This document shows, in pieces, positions 1 to 12,737 of a stretch of 64,000 nucleotides of DNA (its first letter is position 1; each line of letters opens with the position of its first letter). Made by a program: the position numbers and the translations under genes. Location of the stretch: NCBI GenBank assembly GCA_024277755.1, contig JAJRUN010000126.1, positions 12 through 64,011 of the forward strand, in the 5' to 3' direction. Below the pieces are notes generated by a model. It was not told the DNA's origin, made no database searches, and worked only from the letters and a program-made list of their open reading frames with translations. The stretch is from Gammaproteobacteria bacterium (GTDB taxonomy: Bacteria; Pseudomonadota; Gammaproteobacteria; Tenderiales; Tenderiaceae).

Positions 1-93
1 CGCACCAAACAGCTCCAGGGCACGTTCAACAATGCCGATGGCACGGTCTACCCCGGCGCAAAAACCACGCGGGTTAGCAAGCAAAACTGACAT
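1..93 (-). CDS. ispH: IspH/LytB (HMBPP reductase), first 31 codons only; gene runs off the left edge
   Basis: My translation of the minus strand from ATG 93..91 gives [31 protein letters not shown], the conserved IspH N-terminus. It sits downstream of ileS-lspA as expected. Confidence 0.8.
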   Translation of the reverse strand, partial: MSVLLANPRGFCAGVDRAIGIVERALELFGA

Positions 94-104
94 AACAACC
101 TTCC

Positions 105-617
105 TTAATCTTGCGCCTTTTTGCGCCCTTTGAAACTGTCAATCACCAACATCACAGCTCCCAAAAAAATAGCTGAGTCGGCAATATTGAATGCTGGCCA
201 ATGACATGACACGGCACCGCTACCAAAAAATGGCAGACAGTCATCGGCCAGATAAAAGACATCAATAAAATCGACCACATCACCGAGATAAACACGATCG
301 ATTACATTACCGATGGCCCCACCCAAGATCAAAGACAAGGCAATCGCCAAACTCATTTCTGAGCGATTCAGCTTTCTCAACCAGTGAATAATGTACCCCG
401 ACACCAGCACGGCCAAAGTGATAAAAAACCAGCGCTGCCAACCACCCGAGCTGGCAAGAAAGCTAAATGCTGCGCCCGCGTTGTAAGACAGGGTAAAGTT
501 CAGGCCGCTAAAGATTTCAACCGATCGATGCAGTTGCAACACACCATTAGCCCACAACTTGCTTGCTTGATCGAGCACAACCACCAAACCAGCCAACCAT
601 AACCAACGTAACATCAC
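105..617 (-). CDS. lspA: Lipoprotein signal peptidase II
   Basis: 170-aa hydrophobic ORF with the signal peptidase II blocks NAGAAFSF and FNIADSAI. It starts 11 nt after the ileS stop (conserved ileS-lspA operon). Confidence 0.9.
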   Translation of the reverse strand: MMLRWLWLAGLVVVLDQASKLWANGVLQLHRSVEIFSGLNFTLSYNAGAAFSFLASSGGWQRWFFITLAVLVSGYIIHWLRKLNRSEMSLAIALSLILGGAIGNVIDRVYLGDVVDFIDVFYLADDCLPFFGSGAVSCHWPAFNIADSAIFLGAVMLVIDSFKGRKKAQD

Positions 618-627
618 TCAGCTCCGC

Positions 628-3459
628 TTAGGCAAACCGGCGCGGTTCACCATCGCCCGCAACATTGTCAACACAACGGCCACATAACTCAGAATGCTCG
701 GCATTGCCGCCAATGTCATCACTATGATGCCAGCAACGGACACATTTTCTGTGTTCTGATGCGGCAACAGCAATCCACAATTCGTCATTGGAGTCCAGTG
801 TCAGGTGTACTGCTTCTTGTGGTACGACGGTGGTGTCATGTACACGTGCCGCCGAGGTGATCAAAACAAAACGCAACTCATTTCCCAGCTTTTCCAGCTG
901 GGCCTTGATTTCGCTACCGCAATAAAGATCAATCTCGGCATCGAGAGAACCACCAATTTCACCGGCAACACGCAAGGCTTCCAACTGCTTCTTCACCACC
1001 TGACGCACCTGCAACACTTGTTGCCAGAAATCAGCACCAAATTCATCGTCACCCATTTGTGGTAATTCATACCAGCGACTCAGAAACACTGACTCACCAC
1101 GCTCACCCGGAATATTGTTCCAGATTTCTTCACTAGTGAATGACAGAATCGGTGCCAGCCAACGCGTCATCGCCTCGATGATGTGATACATGGCGGTTTG
1201 GCATGAACGCCGAGCGACACTGTTTTCCTGTGTGGTGTACTGACGATCTTTGACAATATCAAGATAGAACCCACCCAAGTCCAAGGCACAAAAGTTATGC
1301 ACCTTTTGATAAATATGGTGGAACTCATAACTGTCATAGGCCTCTTTAACCTCTTCCTGCAAGGCACGGGCACGATCAACAAGCCAGCGATCCAGCGCCA
1401 GCATTTCACCCGCTGGCAAGGCATCTGTCGCCGGATCAAAGCCATTCAGGTTGGCCAGCAAAAAGCGCGTGGTGTTACGCATGCGGCGATAGGTATCAGC
1501 AGCACGTTTGAGGATCTCATCCGAGACCGTCATCTCGGCACGGTAATCGGTCCCGGCCACCCACAGACGCAGGATGTCTGCCCCCAGAGAATTGGCTACT
1601 TTCTGCGGCGCAACCACATTGCCCTTGGACTTGGACATCTTCTGGCCCTTGGCATCCACCGTAAAACCGTGAGTCAAAACAGACGTGTATGCGGCCTCAC
1701 CACGCATGGCCACCGCTGTCAGCAGCGATGACTGGAACCAGCCACGATGTTGATCGGAACCTTCCAGATACAGATCCGCGGGCAAGCCTAAACCTTCACG
1801 ACGCTCCAATACCGCCGCGTGAGAGACCCCCGAATCAAACCAGACATCCAGAGTATCGCTTACCTTGTCGTACTGCGCCGCTTCATCACCCAGCAACTCA
1901 CTGGCATCCATTTCAAACCAGCCATCAACCCCCGTCTTCTCGATGCGCTGCGCAATTTCTTCGATTAGTTCTTGAGTACGCGGGTGCAGTTCAGCTGTTT
2001 CTTTGTGTACAAACAAGGCGATAGGCACTCCCCAGGTACGTTGACGCGAAACACACCAATCAGGACGCTTCTCAACCATACCCTCAATACGTGCCTGACC
2101 CCACTCAGGCAACCACTGCACAGCCTTGATCGCCGTCATAGCCTGATCGCGCAAATTATTCTGATCCATACTGATAAACCACTGCGGCGTGGCGCGAAAG
2201 ATGATCGGCGTTTTGTGACGCCAGCAGTGCGGATAACTGTGGCGCAAGGCCATGGCACGTACCAGCTTGCCCTTACTCTGCAACACCTCAAGCACGGAGT
2301 CGTTGGCCTTGAAAACATGCTCACCTGCAAACAGCTCGGTGTTGGGCAGAAACTTGCCATCACCACCGACCGGATTATCAATCTTCAGGCCGTAACGTGT
2401 ACCCACCACGTAATCGTCCTGGCCATGCCCGGGAGCGGTGTGCACCGCACCAGTACCGGCTTCAGTGGTGACGTGATCACCAAGCACAACCGGCACTTCC
2501 CGGTCATAAAAAGGATGCGCCAATTCCAGGCCTTCCAACGCAGAACCCTTGCAATAGGCAACCACGCGATAGTCGTTAATCTCATAACGACCCATGGTGT
2601 CTTTGACCATTGCCTCTGCCATCAACAAACGCTCAACCCCGTGTTCGCCTTCACATTGAATCAAGGCGTACTCCAGTTCAGGGTTTAAACACACCGCCTG
2701 ATTGGCAGGCAGTGTCCACGGGGTGGTGGTCCAGATCACCACCGAGACTGGCCCCTCGCCTTCATGATCTTCAACGTGGTGGCAACGCTGCATAAATGCC
2801 TCGTCATCCAGCACCGAAAAACGCACATCGATGGCAGGCGAGGTCTTATCTTCGTATTCAACCTCGGCCTCCGCCAGGGCTGAGCCACAATCAACACACC
2901 AGTGCACCGGCTTGCTGCCCTTGTGCAGGTGACCGTTTTCGACGATGCGACCAAGACTGCGAACAATGTCAGCCTCGAACTGAAAATCCATGGTCAGGTA
3001 GGGATTATCCCAATCAGCAACCACCCCCAGACGCTTGAAATCCTCGCGCTGCTGATCCACCTGTCTGGCAGCATATTCGCGACATTTTTTACGAAAGGTG
3101 GCAGCATCAACCTTGTGACCGGCCTTGCCAACTTTCTTTTCCACCTGCAATTCAATCGGCAGGCCATGACAGTCCCAACCTGGCACATAAGGGGCATCAA
3201 AACCACTCATTGTTTTTGACTTAACGATAATATCCTTCAGCACCTTATTGACCGCGTGACCAATGTGGATCTGGCCATTGGCGTAAGGCGGGCCATCATG
3301 AAGAGTGAACTTATTACGCCCTTCGCCCTGCGCTCGCAACTTGCCATACAGATCCATATCCAGCCACTGCTTGACCATATTGGGTTCACGATTGGCCAGA
3401 TTGGCCTTCATCGGAAATGCCGTCTTGGGCAGGTTCAAAGTATGTTTGTAATCAGCCAT
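628..3459 (-). CDS. ileS: Isoleucyl-tRNA synthetase
   Basis: 943 aa with class I aaRS HIGH-type ([10 protein letters not shown]) and KMSKS (KMSKSKGN) motifs and a C-terminal Cys-rich Zn finger (CVRCWHH...CGRC). Confidence 0.97.
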   Translation of the reverse strand: MADYKHTLNLPKTAFPMKANLANREPNMVKQWLDMDLYGKLRAQGEGRNKFTLHDGPPYANGQIHIGHAVNKVLKDIIVKSKTMSGFDAPYVPGWDCHGLPIELQVEKKVGKAGHKVDAATFRKKCREYAARQVDQQREDFKRLGVVADWDNPYLTMDFQFEADIVRSLGRIVENGHLHKGSKPVHWCVDCGSALAEAEVEYEDKTSPAIDVRFSVLDDEAFMQRCHHVEDHEGEGPVSVVIWTTTPWTLPANQAVCLNPELEYALIQCEGEHGVERLLMAEAMVKDTMGRYEINDYRVVAYCKGSALEGLELAHPFYDREVPVVLGDHVTTEAGTGAVHTAPGHGQDDYVVGTRYGLKIDNPVGGDGKFLPNTELFAGEHVFKANDSVLEVLQSKGKLVRAMALRHSYPHCWRHKTPIIFRATPQWFISMDQNNLRDQAMTAIKAVQWLPEWGQARIEGMVEKRPDWCVSRQRTWGVPIALFVHKETAELHPRTQELIEEIAQRIEKTGVDGWFEMDASELLGDEAAQYDKVSDTLDVWFDSGVSHAAVLERREGLGLPADLYLEGSDQHRGWFQSSLLTAVAMRGEAAYTSVLTHGFTVDAKGQKMSKSKGNVVAPQKVANSLGADILRLWVAGTDYRAEMTVSDEILKRAADTYRRMRNTTRFLLANLNGFDPATDALPAGEMLALDRWLVDRARALQEEVKEAYDSYEFHHIYQKVHNFCALDLGGFYLDIVKDRQYTTQENSVARRSCQTAMYHIIEAMTRWLAPILSFTSEEIWNNIPGERGESVFLSRWYELPQMGDDEFGADFWQQVLQVRQVVKKQLEALRVAGEIGGSLDAEIDLYCGSEIKAQLEKLGNELRFVLITSAARVHDTTVVPQEAVHLTLDSNDELWIAVAASEHRKCVRCWHHSDDIGGNAEHSELCGRCVDNVAGDGEPRRFA

Positions 3460-3492
3460 GTTTTACTCTAAATAATCGTTAAAAAATCATTG

Positions 3493-3576
3493 CCACGAAG
3501 TTCACGAAGGGATTCAAAACAACAAGCCCCATACGATCACATTACCTCTTCTTCGTAACCTTCGTGTTCTTCGTGG
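3493..3576 (-). repeat. Long imperfect inverted repeat built from CACGAAG units between ribF and ileS (candidate attenuator/terminator hairpin)
   Basis: Arm ccacgaagttcacgaagg (3493-3510) pairs with ccttcgtgttcttcgtgg (3559-3576), 16 of 18 positions. On the mRNA strand the CACGAAG unit recurs three times at 9-nt spacing, and a T6 run follows the hairpin after 6 nt. Confidence 0.45.
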
Positions 3577-3591
3577 TAAAAAATTCCACCT

Positions 3592-4521
3592 CTACCTTTG
3601 TGCGAAAAACTTACGTGCAGCTTTACCATCCAGACCAATCTGTTGCTTCAACGCATCGAATGAGGCAAAGCGCACTTCGTCTCGCAATTTGTGCAAAAAA
3701 ACCACTTCCACATAACGGCCATAGATGTCGCCGTCAAAGTCAAACAGGTGCACCTCCAGCAGACTGCGGCGGCCATCCACCGTCGGCCTCACGCCAACAT
3801 TGGCAACACCGGCCACCGGCTCGCCATCAATGCCAAACATCTCTACCGCAAACACACCCCGCACAGGTGTCGCCTGCCTGTGCAGATGAATATTGGCAGT
3901 GGGGAAACCCAACTCACGACCACGCTTATCACCATGCGCCACCCGGCCACTCATGCGATAACTTCGGCCCAGCAGCTTTTCTGCCGTGGTCACGGCCCCC
4001 TGGGCCAGCGCCTCGCGCACCCGGGTACTGCTGACACGCTCACCATCCACCTGAAAGCTGTGCATGTTCACCACTTGAAAACCATATTTTTCACCAGCCG
4101 CCTTGAGCATGGCAAAATCACCCTGGCGTTGAAAACCAAAGCGGAAATCATCACCCACCACCAGATAACGCACATCCAGCCCATCAACCAGCAGTTGGCG
4201 AATAAAATCATCAGCCGACAACCTGGCCAGACGGTTTCTGAATGTCAAACACAATACCCGGTCAATTGAATAACGCCGCAATGCCTGCAATTTCTCTCGC
4301 AAGCGCGTCAAACGTGGAGCCTCAGTCGCAGCACCAAAAAACTCTTGCGGCTGTGGTTCAAAACTCACCACCACTGTCGGCAGATTCAAGCGTCCGGCAG
4401 CCTCGGCCAACTGCCCCAAAACCGCCTGATGCCCGAGATGAACACCATCGAAATTACCAATCGTAGCAACACAACCACGATGACGTGGTCGCAGATTATG
4501 AAAACCGCGAATTAGCTCCAT
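3592..4521 (-). CDS. ribF: Bifunctional riboflavin kinase / FAD synthetase
   Basis: 309 aa. N-terminal FMN adenylyltransferase block (IGNFDGVHLGHQ) and C-terminal riboflavin kinase block (GFPTANI). Conserved position upstream of ileS. Confidence 0.93.
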   Translation of the reverse strand: MELIRGFHNLRPRHRGCVATIGNFDGVHLGHQAVLGQLAEAAGRLNLPTVVVSFEPQPQEFFGAATEAPRLTRLREKLQALRRYSIDRVLCLTFRNRLARLSADDFIRQLLVDGLDVRYLVVGDDFRFGFQRQGDFAMLKAAGEKYGFQVVNMHSFQVDGERVSSTRVREALAQGAVTTAEKLLGRSYRMSGRVAHGDKRGRELGFPTANIHLHRQATPVRGVFAVEMFGIDGEPVAGVANVGVRPTVDGRRSLLEVHLFDFDGDIYGRYVEVVFLHKLRDEVRFASFDALKQQIGLDGKAARKFFAQR

Positions 4522-4595
4522 CTTAGACTTGACTCACCAGGCGCTAACAGCGCAAAGGAACTTATTATAAAACACCTTATATAATTGTCATGGAA

Positions 4596-6140
4596 TTAAG
4601 CACCCTTTTGCTGCCAAAGCTGACGAAACTTAACCCCGCCCAGTAGTAACACAGCAAAATAGAGCACACCACCGGCTGCCACCCACAACAACAGCTGCAT
4701 ACTCCGTTGCCAACCATTCCATGCGAACCAGGTTTGCAAGTCACCCGCACCCCACCACAACAGAGCAGCCATCGCTAGATTGGCCACCAACACCTGCAAC
4801 ATCAACGTTAACCAACCTGCCACAGGGCGATAAACCCCTTCACGACGCAACACACGAAACAACAGATAGGCATTGAGAAATGCCGATAACGATGTCGCCA
4901 GTGCCAGGCCGGCGTGGGCCAATGGAAAAACCAGAATCAGGTTCATTATCATATTACTGACCATAGCAATAATACCTATCTTCACCGGCGTCTTGGTGTC
5001 CTGACGGGCATAAAAGCCTGGTGCCAACACCTTTACCAGAATAAACCCCATCAGACCGATGGAATATGCCATCAGACTGCGGGCCGCCATTTCAACATCG
5101 TGCTGACTGAATTCCCCGTACTGAAACAAGGTGGCCAACATCGGCCCCGCTAACAAAAACAAGCCCACCATGGCAGGCGTACCTACAATCAGCACCCAAC
5201 GCAACGCCCAATCCAGTGTTCGGGAAAAGGCCTCAGGGGAAGCCGCCGCATGTTGCCGAGAAAGACTGGGCAGAATCACCGTGGCCAGGGCGATGCCAAA
5301 CACGCCGAGAGGAAACTCCACCAAACGATCAGAGAAATAGAGCCAGGTCACACTGCCCGTCACTAGAAACGAAGCGATCAACGTATCCAGCAATAAATTA
5401 ATCTGCGCCACCGATGAACCAAAAATAGCAGGGATCATCAATGTTTTTATCTTCTGCACACCTTCGCTTTTTCGATTGAAATGCGGTCGTGGCAGCAATT
5501 TCAATTTGGCCAGAAAGGGGAACTGAAACAACAGTTGCGCAATACCGGCAAAAAACACCCCCCAGGCCAGGGCCATAATCGGCTCATCCATCTGCGGTGC
5601 CAGCCACAGAGCACAGCTTATCAATACCAGATTCAGCAATACTGGCGTAAAGGCTGGCACCCCAAAACGACCATAAGTATTAAGAATACCGCCAGCAAAT
5701 GCAGTCAACGAGATAAAAAAGATATAGGGGAAGGTCAACCTAAGCATCTCGGTGGCCAGATCATACTTGCCTGGCTCATCAAGAAAACCTGGTGCAAAGA
5801 TGGCAATCAGCACCGGCGCTGCCAACACACCGATAATGGTAATCAACAGTAATACGGCACCGAAGGTGCCCGCCACATCATCGGTGAGACGTTTTATTTC
5901 ATCGTGCTGACGCTGAGTCTTGTATTCCGATAAGACCGGCACAAAGGACTGGGCAAAGGCACCTTCAGCAAACAGGCGGCGCATAAAATTCGGGATCTTA
6001 AAGGCAACAAAAAAGGCATCGGTGCCCATACCCGCACCAAAGATACGTGCCACCACCATGTCGCGGATAAACCCCAGAATCCTCGACAGCAAGGTCATGC
6101 CACTCACTGTCACCGTCGATTTGACCAGCCTTTTAGTCAT
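4596..6140 (-). CDS. murJ: Lipid II flippase MurJ (MviN)
   Basis: 514-aa polytopic membrane protein with the characteristic MurJ N-terminus SGMTLLSRILGFIRDMVVARIFGAG. Divergent from rpsT, as in many gammaproteobacteria. Confidence 0.9.
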   Translation of the reverse strand: MTKRLVKSTVTVSGMTLLSRILGFIRDMVVARIFGAGMGTDAFFVAFKIPNFMRRLFAEGAFAQSFVPVLSEYKTQRQHDEIKRLTDDVAGTFGAVLLLITIIGVLAAPVLIAIFAPGFLDEPGKYDLATEMLRLTFPYIFFISLTAFAGGILNTYGRFGVPAFTPVLLNLVLISCALWLAPQMDEPIMALAWGVFFAGIAQLLFQFPFLAKLKLLPRPHFNRKSEGVQKIKTLMIPAIFGSSVAQINLLLDTLIASFLVTGSVTWLYFSDRLVEFPLGVFGIALATVILPSLSRQHAAASPEAFSRTLDWALRWVLIVGTPAMVGLFLLAGPMLATLFQYGEFSQHDVEMAARSLMAYSIGLMGFILVKVLAPGFYARQDTKTPVKIGIIAMVSNMIMNLILVFPLAHAGLALATSLSAFLNAYLLFRVLRREGVYRPVAGWLTLMLQVLVANLAMAALLWWGAGDLQTWFAWNGWQRSMQLLLWVAAGGVLYFAVLLLGGVKFRQLWQQKGA

Positions 6141-6272
6141 AAGTCCCTGTTTTTATTATTTTCTATACCTATTCCGGATTCTACCCGTTCTACCTGAAAA
6201 ACACACAGACACTGTTTTCAATAGTTATCAGCAACTCATTGCCACACTAGCGCCAAGAAATATAATTCCAGG

Positions 6273-6301
6273 TTGACAATCGGACGCCCATCAGGCATAT
6301 T
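6273..6301 (+). promoter_or_regulatory. Candidate sigma-70 promoter for rpsT
   Basis: TTGACA (6273-6278), a 17-nt spacer, then CATATT (6296-6301), about 75 nt upstream of the rpsT start. Confidence 0.5.
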
Positions 6302-6374
6302 TACGCGCCTCTGAGGCCTCACCGATGTTGTGGGGCGGATTGAATGAATATTTAGAATTTTTAGGAGCCCTACC

Positions 6375-6638
6375 TTGGCTAACACTGCACAAGCTAAAAA
6401 ACGCGCCCGTCAGGCTGAAAGAAGCCGTCAACACAACGCTGGCCTGCGTTCCAAGCTGCGTACCAACATCAAGAACACTATTAAGGCAATTGAAGCGGGT
6501 GACAAGGAAGCGGCACAAGCCGCCTACACCGCTGCTGCACCGGTTATCGACAACATGGCAGGCAAAGGCATTATCCACGCCAACAAAGCTGCCCGTCATA
6601 AAAGCCGCTTGAACAGCCACATCAAAGCGATGGCCTAA
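6375..6638 (+). CDS. rpsT: 30S ribosomal protein S20
   Basis: 87-aa basic protein ([17 protein letters not shown]...). TTG start 8 nt after an AGGAG Shine-Dalgarno sequence. E. coli rpsT also uses a UUG start. Confidence 0.95.
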   Translation: MANTAQAKKRARQAERSRQHNAGLRSKLRTNIKNTIKAIEAGDKEAAQAAYTAAAPVIDNMAGKGIIHANKAARHKSRLNSHIKAMA

Positions 6639-6660
6639 AGCCTTGAAGCAGAAATAAAGA

Positions 6661-6684
6661 AACCGGCTTCTAGCCGGTTTTTTA
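6661..6684 (+). terminator. Rho-independent terminator after rpsT
   Basis: Perfect 8-bp stem aaccggct/agccggtt with a 3-nt loop, followed by a T run. Confidence 0.8.
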
Positions 6685-6733
6685 TTGATTCTAATTCAGG
6701 ATGATGTAAAAGCATAACTCTCAACTATCAAAA

Positions 6734-7861
6734 TCAGATCAGCACCAAATTATCTCTATGGATCAGTTCCGACTCATCCACATACCCCAGAATCGACTCA
6801 ATCCTATCGCTAGACTGCCCCATAATCCTACGCGCATCATCAGCATCATAATTTACCAGGCCACGAGCAATCTCTCTATCGTCAGGCCCGACGCAGGCAA
6901 CCACCTCACCACGACTAAAACCACCCTCAACAGCTGTTACACCAACAGACAATAAACTTCGACCAGAATCACACAAGACCTTTACCGCCCCCTCATCCAA
7001 CACCAGCTTGCCACGCAATTGCATATGCCCGGCCAACCACTGCTTGCGCGCCACCAAAGGCCGCTTTCCTGGTGTAATCAGAGTACCAACCTCTTCACCA
7101 GCAGCTATTTTTTGCAACACACCAAGCTCTCGCCCAGAGGCAATTAAAGTAGCCGCGCCAGAACGGGCAGCACGCTCAGCTGCACGCACCTTGGTCAGCA
7201 TGCCGCCTCGACCAAGCGAGCCTACACCACCGCCAGCAGCCATCTTCTCCAACTCGGAATCACCCGCCAGACGCTGACGAATCATGACAGCACCCGGATT
7301 TTGACGCGGGTCAGAATCATACATCCCCGATTGATCAGTCAACAACACCACCAGCTCCGCCTCAATCAGATTACCCACCAACGCAGCTAACGTGTCGTTA
7401 TCGCCAAAACAGATCTCGTCCACAGCAACTGTGTCGTTCTCATTCACCACTGGCACCACTCCCAGATCAAGTAGCGTACGCAGGGTACTGCGGGCATTGA
7501 GATAACGACGCCGATCAACCAAATCTTCATGTGTCAGCAACACCTGGGCGGTGTGGACGTCATATTGTTGAAAACGGGACTCATAAGCCTGCACCAAACC
7601 CATCTGACCGATGGCAGCGGCAGCCTGGAGTTTATAAATCGCATGAGGACGTTTGCTCCAACCAAGGCGCTTCATGCCTTCAGCCACAGCACCGGATGAA
7701 ACCAATACCAGCTGAATACCCTGCTGGCGCAACGTCGCGATCTGATCCACCCAGGCATCAATCAATTCATAATTCAAGCCTTGACCATCATTGGTCACCA
7801 GCGAACTACCGACCTTGACCACCCAGCGTTTTGATTGACCCAGTTGTTGGCGTAGCGTCAT
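6734..7861 (-). CDS. proB: Glutamate 5-kinase
   Basis: 375 aa. Amino-acid kinase domain ([10 protein letters not shown]..., GDNDTLAA) plus a C-terminal PUA-like domain. Located downstream of obg. Confidence 0.92.
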   Translation of the reverse strand: MTLRQQLGQSKRWVVKVGSSLVTNDGQGLNYELIDAWVDQIATLRQQGIQLVLVSSGAVAEGMKRLGWSKRPHAIYKLQAAAAIGQMGLVQAYESRFQQYDVHTAQVLLTHEDLVDRRRYLNARSTLRTLLDLGVVPVVNENDTVAVDEICFGDNDTLAALVGNLIEAELVVLLTDQSGMYDSDPRQNPGAVMIRQRLAGDSELEKMAAGGGVGSLGRGGMLTKVRAAERAARSGAATLIASGRELGVLQKIAAGEEVGTLITPGKRPLVARKQWLAGHMQLRGKLVLDEGAVKVLCDSGRSLLSVGVTAVEGGFSRGEVVACVGPDDREIARGLVNYDADDARRIMGQSSDRIESILGYVDESELIHRDNLVLI

Positions 7862-7906
7862 AAAATTCTATATAAAATAAGGAAAAATCAACCCTATTGT
7901 CGCGCG

Positions 7907-8935
<1,029 letters not shown>

Positions 8936-8954
8936 CTAATACCATTCGCCCTAT

Positions 8955-8982
8955 AAACAAAAAGCCCCGTCACTGACGGGGC
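8955..8982 (-). terminator. Hairpin + U-run between rpmA and obg (terminator/attenuator)
   Basis: gccccgtca/tgacggggc inverted repeat, followed on the minus strand by TTTTTGTTT. Confidence 0.6.
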
Positions 8983-9008
8983 CTTGTTAGCGCAACTCTG
9001 TAATGCGT

Positions 9009-9272
9009 TTAAGCAGTAACCGGAACTACGCGCACTGTCTTGCGGTTTTTAGGGCCTTTAACTTCAAAGACCACTTCGCCATCAACCTTGGAAAACAAAG
9101 TGTGGTCATGACCACAACCAACATTTACTCCAGGGTGGAAGCGTGTGCCGCGCTGACGCACAATGATGCTACCGGCGCTGATCACTTGACCACCATAGGC
9201 TTTTACACCAAGGCGTTTACTTTCGGAATCGCGACCGTTACGAGTACTACCACCAGCTTTCTTATGTGCCAT
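9009..9272 (-). CDS. rpmA: 50S ribosomal protein L27
   Basis: 87 aa with the [17 protein letters not shown]-terminus. Confidence 0.97.
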   Translation of the reverse strand: MAHKKAGGSTRNGRDSESKRLGVKAYGGQVISAGSIIVRQRGTRFHPGVNVGCGHDHTLFSKVDGEVVFEVKGPKNRKTVRVVPVTA

Positions 9273-9300
9273 TTCTAAATACCTCTTCTAACGAACCGAC

Positions 9301-9612
9301 TTAACCAGCGATACCAGTAATTTTCAGTTCAGTATAATTCTGACGATGTCCCATTTGCTTGCGCGAATGTTTACGACGACGAAACTTGATGATTTTGATC
9401 TTATCGCCGCGACCGTGCGCAGCAACAGTAGCAGTGACCTTGCCGCCGTCAACATAAGGGGCGCCAACCTTGACGTCATCGCCGTTAGTGACCATCAAGA
9501 CCTTATCAATCTCAACCACACCACCTTCTTCTACGGGTAAACTCTCAACACGAACCACGTCGCCTTCTGCTACGCGATACTGTTTGCCACCGGTTACTAT
9601 GACAGCATACAT
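9301..9612 (-). CDS. rplU: 50S ribosomal protein L21
   Basis: 103 aa with [15 protein letters not shown]-terminus, directly upstream of rpmA. Confidence 0.97.
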   Translation of the reverse strand: MYAVIVTGGKQYRVAEGDVVRVESLPVEEGGVVEIDKVLMVTNGDDVKVGAPYVDGGKVTATVAAHGRGDKIKIIKFRRRKHSRKQMGHRQNYTELKITGIAG

Positions 9613-9773
9613 GCCGTTTTCTCCAAACCTTGTTTAAGTCCCCGCGACAGCGCCGAGACCAGATAAATCCAAAAGAGGCCGAATTTTAACGCCTGATTAG
9701 TCCGGCGTCAAACACAGTTTAAGTAAATAAGCACTTGTAAGGGTACATTATTCACTACTAAAATGGTCGACCT

Positions 9774-10790
9774 ATGCAGAACACTCATAATAAAGCCTCT
9801 GTAGAGGCCTCCCCAAACGACTTTAACATGCAAACCATCGTCGACCTGACCAAGGGCGACATGGACGCAGTCAATGGCGTCATCCAGACTCGCTTGCATT
9901 CTGAGGTTGCCCTGATCAACCAGCTCGGCCACTACATTATAAACAGTGGCGGCAAACGCCTGCGGCCCCTGCTAGCCCTGTTAACGGCCAAGGCCTTTGA
10001 TTACAAAGGCAAACAACATGTTGAAATTGCCGCAATAATCGAATTCATTCATACCGCCACCCTGCTTCATGACGATGTTGTTGATGGTTCCGAAATGCGT
10101 CGTGGCCAAGATACAGCCAACAATATTTGGGGCAATGAAGCCAGCGTTCTGGTGGGAGATTTTCTCTACTCACGCGCCTTTGAGATGATGGTTGACATCA
10201 AAAACATGCGTGTGATGGAGATCCTTGCTCACGCCACCAACACCATTGCCGAGGGTGAGGTGCTGCAACTACTCAATTGTCACGACCCTGACACCACCGA
10301 GGAACGCTACCTGGAAGTCATTCACTCCAAGACAGCCAAATTATTTGAGGCCGCCACCCGACTAGGTGCCATCATCAGCAACAGGCCCGAAGCGGAAGAA
10401 AAGGCCATGGCTGCCTATGGCATGCACTTGGGCACTGCCTTTCAACTGGTGGACGATGTGCTCGATTACAGCTCCAGCGCAGCAGAAATAGGTAAAAACA
10501 TCGGTGACGATCTGGCTGAAGGCAAGCCCACACTACCGTTGATTCACGCCATGCGTACCGGCTCGACCAAGCAGGCGCAAGTCATTCGCAGCGCTATCGA
10601 AAATGGTGGCAGAGAGCAGATCGAGGCCGTGATCGAGGCCGTCAACGCAACGGGGGCTATCACCTATACCGCAGCGATGGCTCGCCATGAAGCTAATTTA
10701 GCCATCAAAGCCCTGGCGGACATTCATCCCAGTCGATATAAAGATGCCTTACTCGCGTTAGCAGATTTTTCAGTTAACAGGACACATTAA
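9774..10790 (+). CDS. ispB: Octaprenyl-diphosphate synthase (all-trans polyprenyl diphosphate synthase)
   Basis: Two Asp-rich motifs (LLHDDVVD, QLVDDVLD). Divergent from rplU as in E. coli. The true start may be the internal ATG at 9828 (MQTIVDL...). Confidence 0.9.
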   Translation: MQNTHNKASVEASPNDFNMQTIVDLTKGDMDAVNGVIQTRLHSEVALINQLGHYIINSGGKRLRPLLALLTAKAFDYKGKQHVEIAAIIEFIHTATLLHDDVVDGSEMRRGQDTANNIWGNEASVLVGDFLYSRAFEMMVDIKNMRVMEILAHATNTIAEGEVLQLLNCHDPDTTEERYLEVIHSKTAKLFEAATRLGAIISNRPEAEEKAMAAYGMHLGTAFQLVDDVLDYSSSAAEIGKNIGDDLAEGKPTLPLIHAMRTGSTKQAQVIRSAIENGGREQIEAVIEAVNATGAITYTAAMARHEANLAIKALADIHPSRYKDALLALADFSVNRTH

Positions 10791-10900
10791 CTTTAGCGGA
10801 GTGCAGTTCAGCCTGGCAGGGCACTGCCTTCGGGCGGCATCAGGGGTCGGAGGCTCACCCATGGGCACTACGAAAGCCCTTTCACTCCGAGCAACGACTA

Positions 10901-12727
10901 CTACGGTTTTTCATCCTCATGCATAGCCGTTTCCATTGCCGCCACAAGGGCGTCTACATCTACCGGCTTGGTGAGATAGTCAACAAAACCCAACGCCTTG
11001 CCTCGCTCCAGATCCCGACTCATCGCATTGGCACTGATCGCAATCACAGGAATCCCCCGAGTCTCTTCAAACGCCTGCAATCTGAAAAAGGCCGTAAACC
11101 CATCCATCCCTGGCAGATTGATATCCATTAAGATCAGCTCAGGACGATGCAAGCGGGCCAACTCTATTCCCAGTATAGCGTCATGGGCCGACAGTAATGC
11201 ATAGGGCGTACAAAGCTCAATCACCCGCTCCACCAGACGTAGATTTGCCGGGTTATCCTCGATGTAAAGCACGGTTGCCTGATTAGTTTTATCAACCTGT
11301 TCGACTGACTCTAGGCCTGATTGACAAGCCAAATCAGAAGCTTCCTGCTTCGGGACAGATGCGCCACGCTCAACCTCAACCCAAAAGGTACTGCCCTTAC
11401 CCGGAGCACTTTCAACACCAATGGCTCCCCCCATCGCTTCAGTCAGGCGTTTGGATATCACCAAACCAATACCGGTTCCATCCACACCACTCGTCTCTGC
11501 ACCTAGACGTTCAAAAGGGACAAACAGGCGCTGTTGCTGTTCTTCACTCAAGCCGATTCCGGTGTCGGTAACAGAAAACCGCAAACGTCCTGATGCTTGC
11601 ATTTCACAATGCAGACTTACCTTGCCACCTGGCTGATTATACTTGATGGCATTAGACAGCAGATTAACCAACACCTGTTTGAAACGGGTGAAGTCGACAT
11701 AAATCACTGCCTCTGTGCTTTTACAACATGGCTCACTCAGTTCTATCTCATGGTTCTTTGCCAGCGGGCGTACCAATGCAAGGCTTTCACTGCATATCCT
11801 GCTGCATAATACGTCTTCGAGCATCAAATCCAGCTTGCCTGACTCAACCCTGGATAAATCCAACACCTCATTGATAAGTTCAAGCAGGTGATCCCCTGCC
11901 CGCATAATCTCGGCAATATGTTCTCTGTTTTCCGGGTCATCAATTTCCAATTCAAGCAGCTGGGAAAACCCCAGAATGGCATTCATCGGCGTGCGTAATT
12001 CATGACTCATTCGCGACAAAAATTCAGACTTGGCCTGGCTGGCCTTTTCAGCCTCTTCACGCGTATCAACAAGCCCCTGGTGCACAGACTGCAAATCTCG
12101 CCGCATCGCCTCGAAGCCCCGGGTAAGATGGCCAATCTCATCATTAGAGAACTCTGGTAGCTGGACATCAAAATCCCCCTCAGCCATGTGGCTTGCGGCC
12201 TTCTCAAGCCTCAACAGTGGTCGTCGAATCTGACGTTCCTGGAACAACACCCCTGCCGCTAACAAAACCAGCAACACCAACAATAGCAACAGTTCTATAT
12301 TGTGCATCTGAGCCAAGGCATTCAAATACTCAGCTTCAAGATCCACCACCAAACTGATATCGGCAACCCTCTCCCCCCCCCATACCAAGGGGTGATTTAA
12401 CCGGACAAGAAACCCACCCTTTGGCTGCGGACGCGCAATTAAAGGATAAAGCCGTTTACCATCCGGCTTACGCAACTCAAGCCAAACCCAAACACCTTGC
12501 CGCGCTTCCATCTGACGATCCAGAATGGCGTACATTGCCGCCAAATCACCGCGTAACAAAACTCGCGCCACCCCCGACTCCATCGCCCCCAGTATCTGAT
12601 GTTCCCGCCCAACACCTACCTCCTTCTCCCCCGCCAGTATTTGCGGCACGATATAGAAATGAATCACCAGCATCAAAATGGTGAAAGCAAGCACAATTGG
12701 CCATAATAATTTAGAACGTATCCCCAT
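10901..12727 (-). CDS. Hybrid sensor histidine kinase / response regulator (TM-periplasmic-TM-HAMP-HisKA-HATPase-REC)
   Basis: 608 aa. H-box [15 protein letters not shown]2 box [12 protein letters not shown], and a C-terminal receiver (VLYIEDNP...[13 protein letters not shown]...YLTKP). Confidence 0.9.
   Translation of the reverse strand: MGIRSKLLWPIVLAFTILMLVIHFYIVPQILAGEKEVGVGREHQILGAMESGVARVLLRGDLAAMYAILDRQMEARQGVWVWLELRKPDGKRLYPLIARPQPKGGFLVRLNHPLVWGGERVADISLVVDLEAEYLNALAQMHNIELLLLLVLLVLLAAGVLFQERQIRRPLLRLEKAASHMAEGDFDVQLPEFSNDEIGHLTRGFEAMRRDLQSVHQGLVDTREEAEKASQAKSEFLSRMSHELRTPMNAILGFSQLLELEIDDPENREHIAEIMRAGDHLLELINEVLDLSRVESGKLDLMLEDVLCSRICSESLALVRPLAKNHEIELSEPCCKSTEAVIYVDFTRFKQVLVNLLSNAIKYNQPGGKVSLHCEMQASGRLRFSVTDTGIGLSEEQQQRLFVPFERLGAETSGVDGTGIGLVISKRLTEAMGGAIGVESAPGKGSTFWVEVERGASVPKQEASDLACQSGLESVEQVDKTNQATVLYIEDNPANLRLVERVIELCTPYALLSAHDAILGIELARLHRPELILMDINLPGMDGFTAFFRLQAFEETRGIPVIAISANAMSRDLERGKALGFVDYLTKPVDVDALVAAMETAMHEDEKP
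12373..12381 (-). repeat. G9 homopolymer (coding strand) inside the hybrid kinase
   Basis: Counted directly: c x9 on the plus strand, read as TGG GGG GGG GAG (W-G-G-E) in the periplasmic domain. Confidence 0.95.
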
Positions 12728-12737
12728 CTCTCAATCG

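Noticed and set aside
1972-2688. 238-aa plus-strand ORF, with many shorter ones between 384 and 3471
   Set aside because: It is entirely antisense to the strongly supported ileS/lspA genes. The composition is Arg/His/Thr/Gln-rich and typical of mirror frames, and there is no ribosome-binding site.
10791-10900. GC-rich convergent spacer between ispB and the hybrid kinase, checked for a tRNA, small RNA or terminators
   Set aside because: It has no cloverleaf-compatible arms or T-loop consensus. Only short hairpins without U-runs are present, so I could not support any call.
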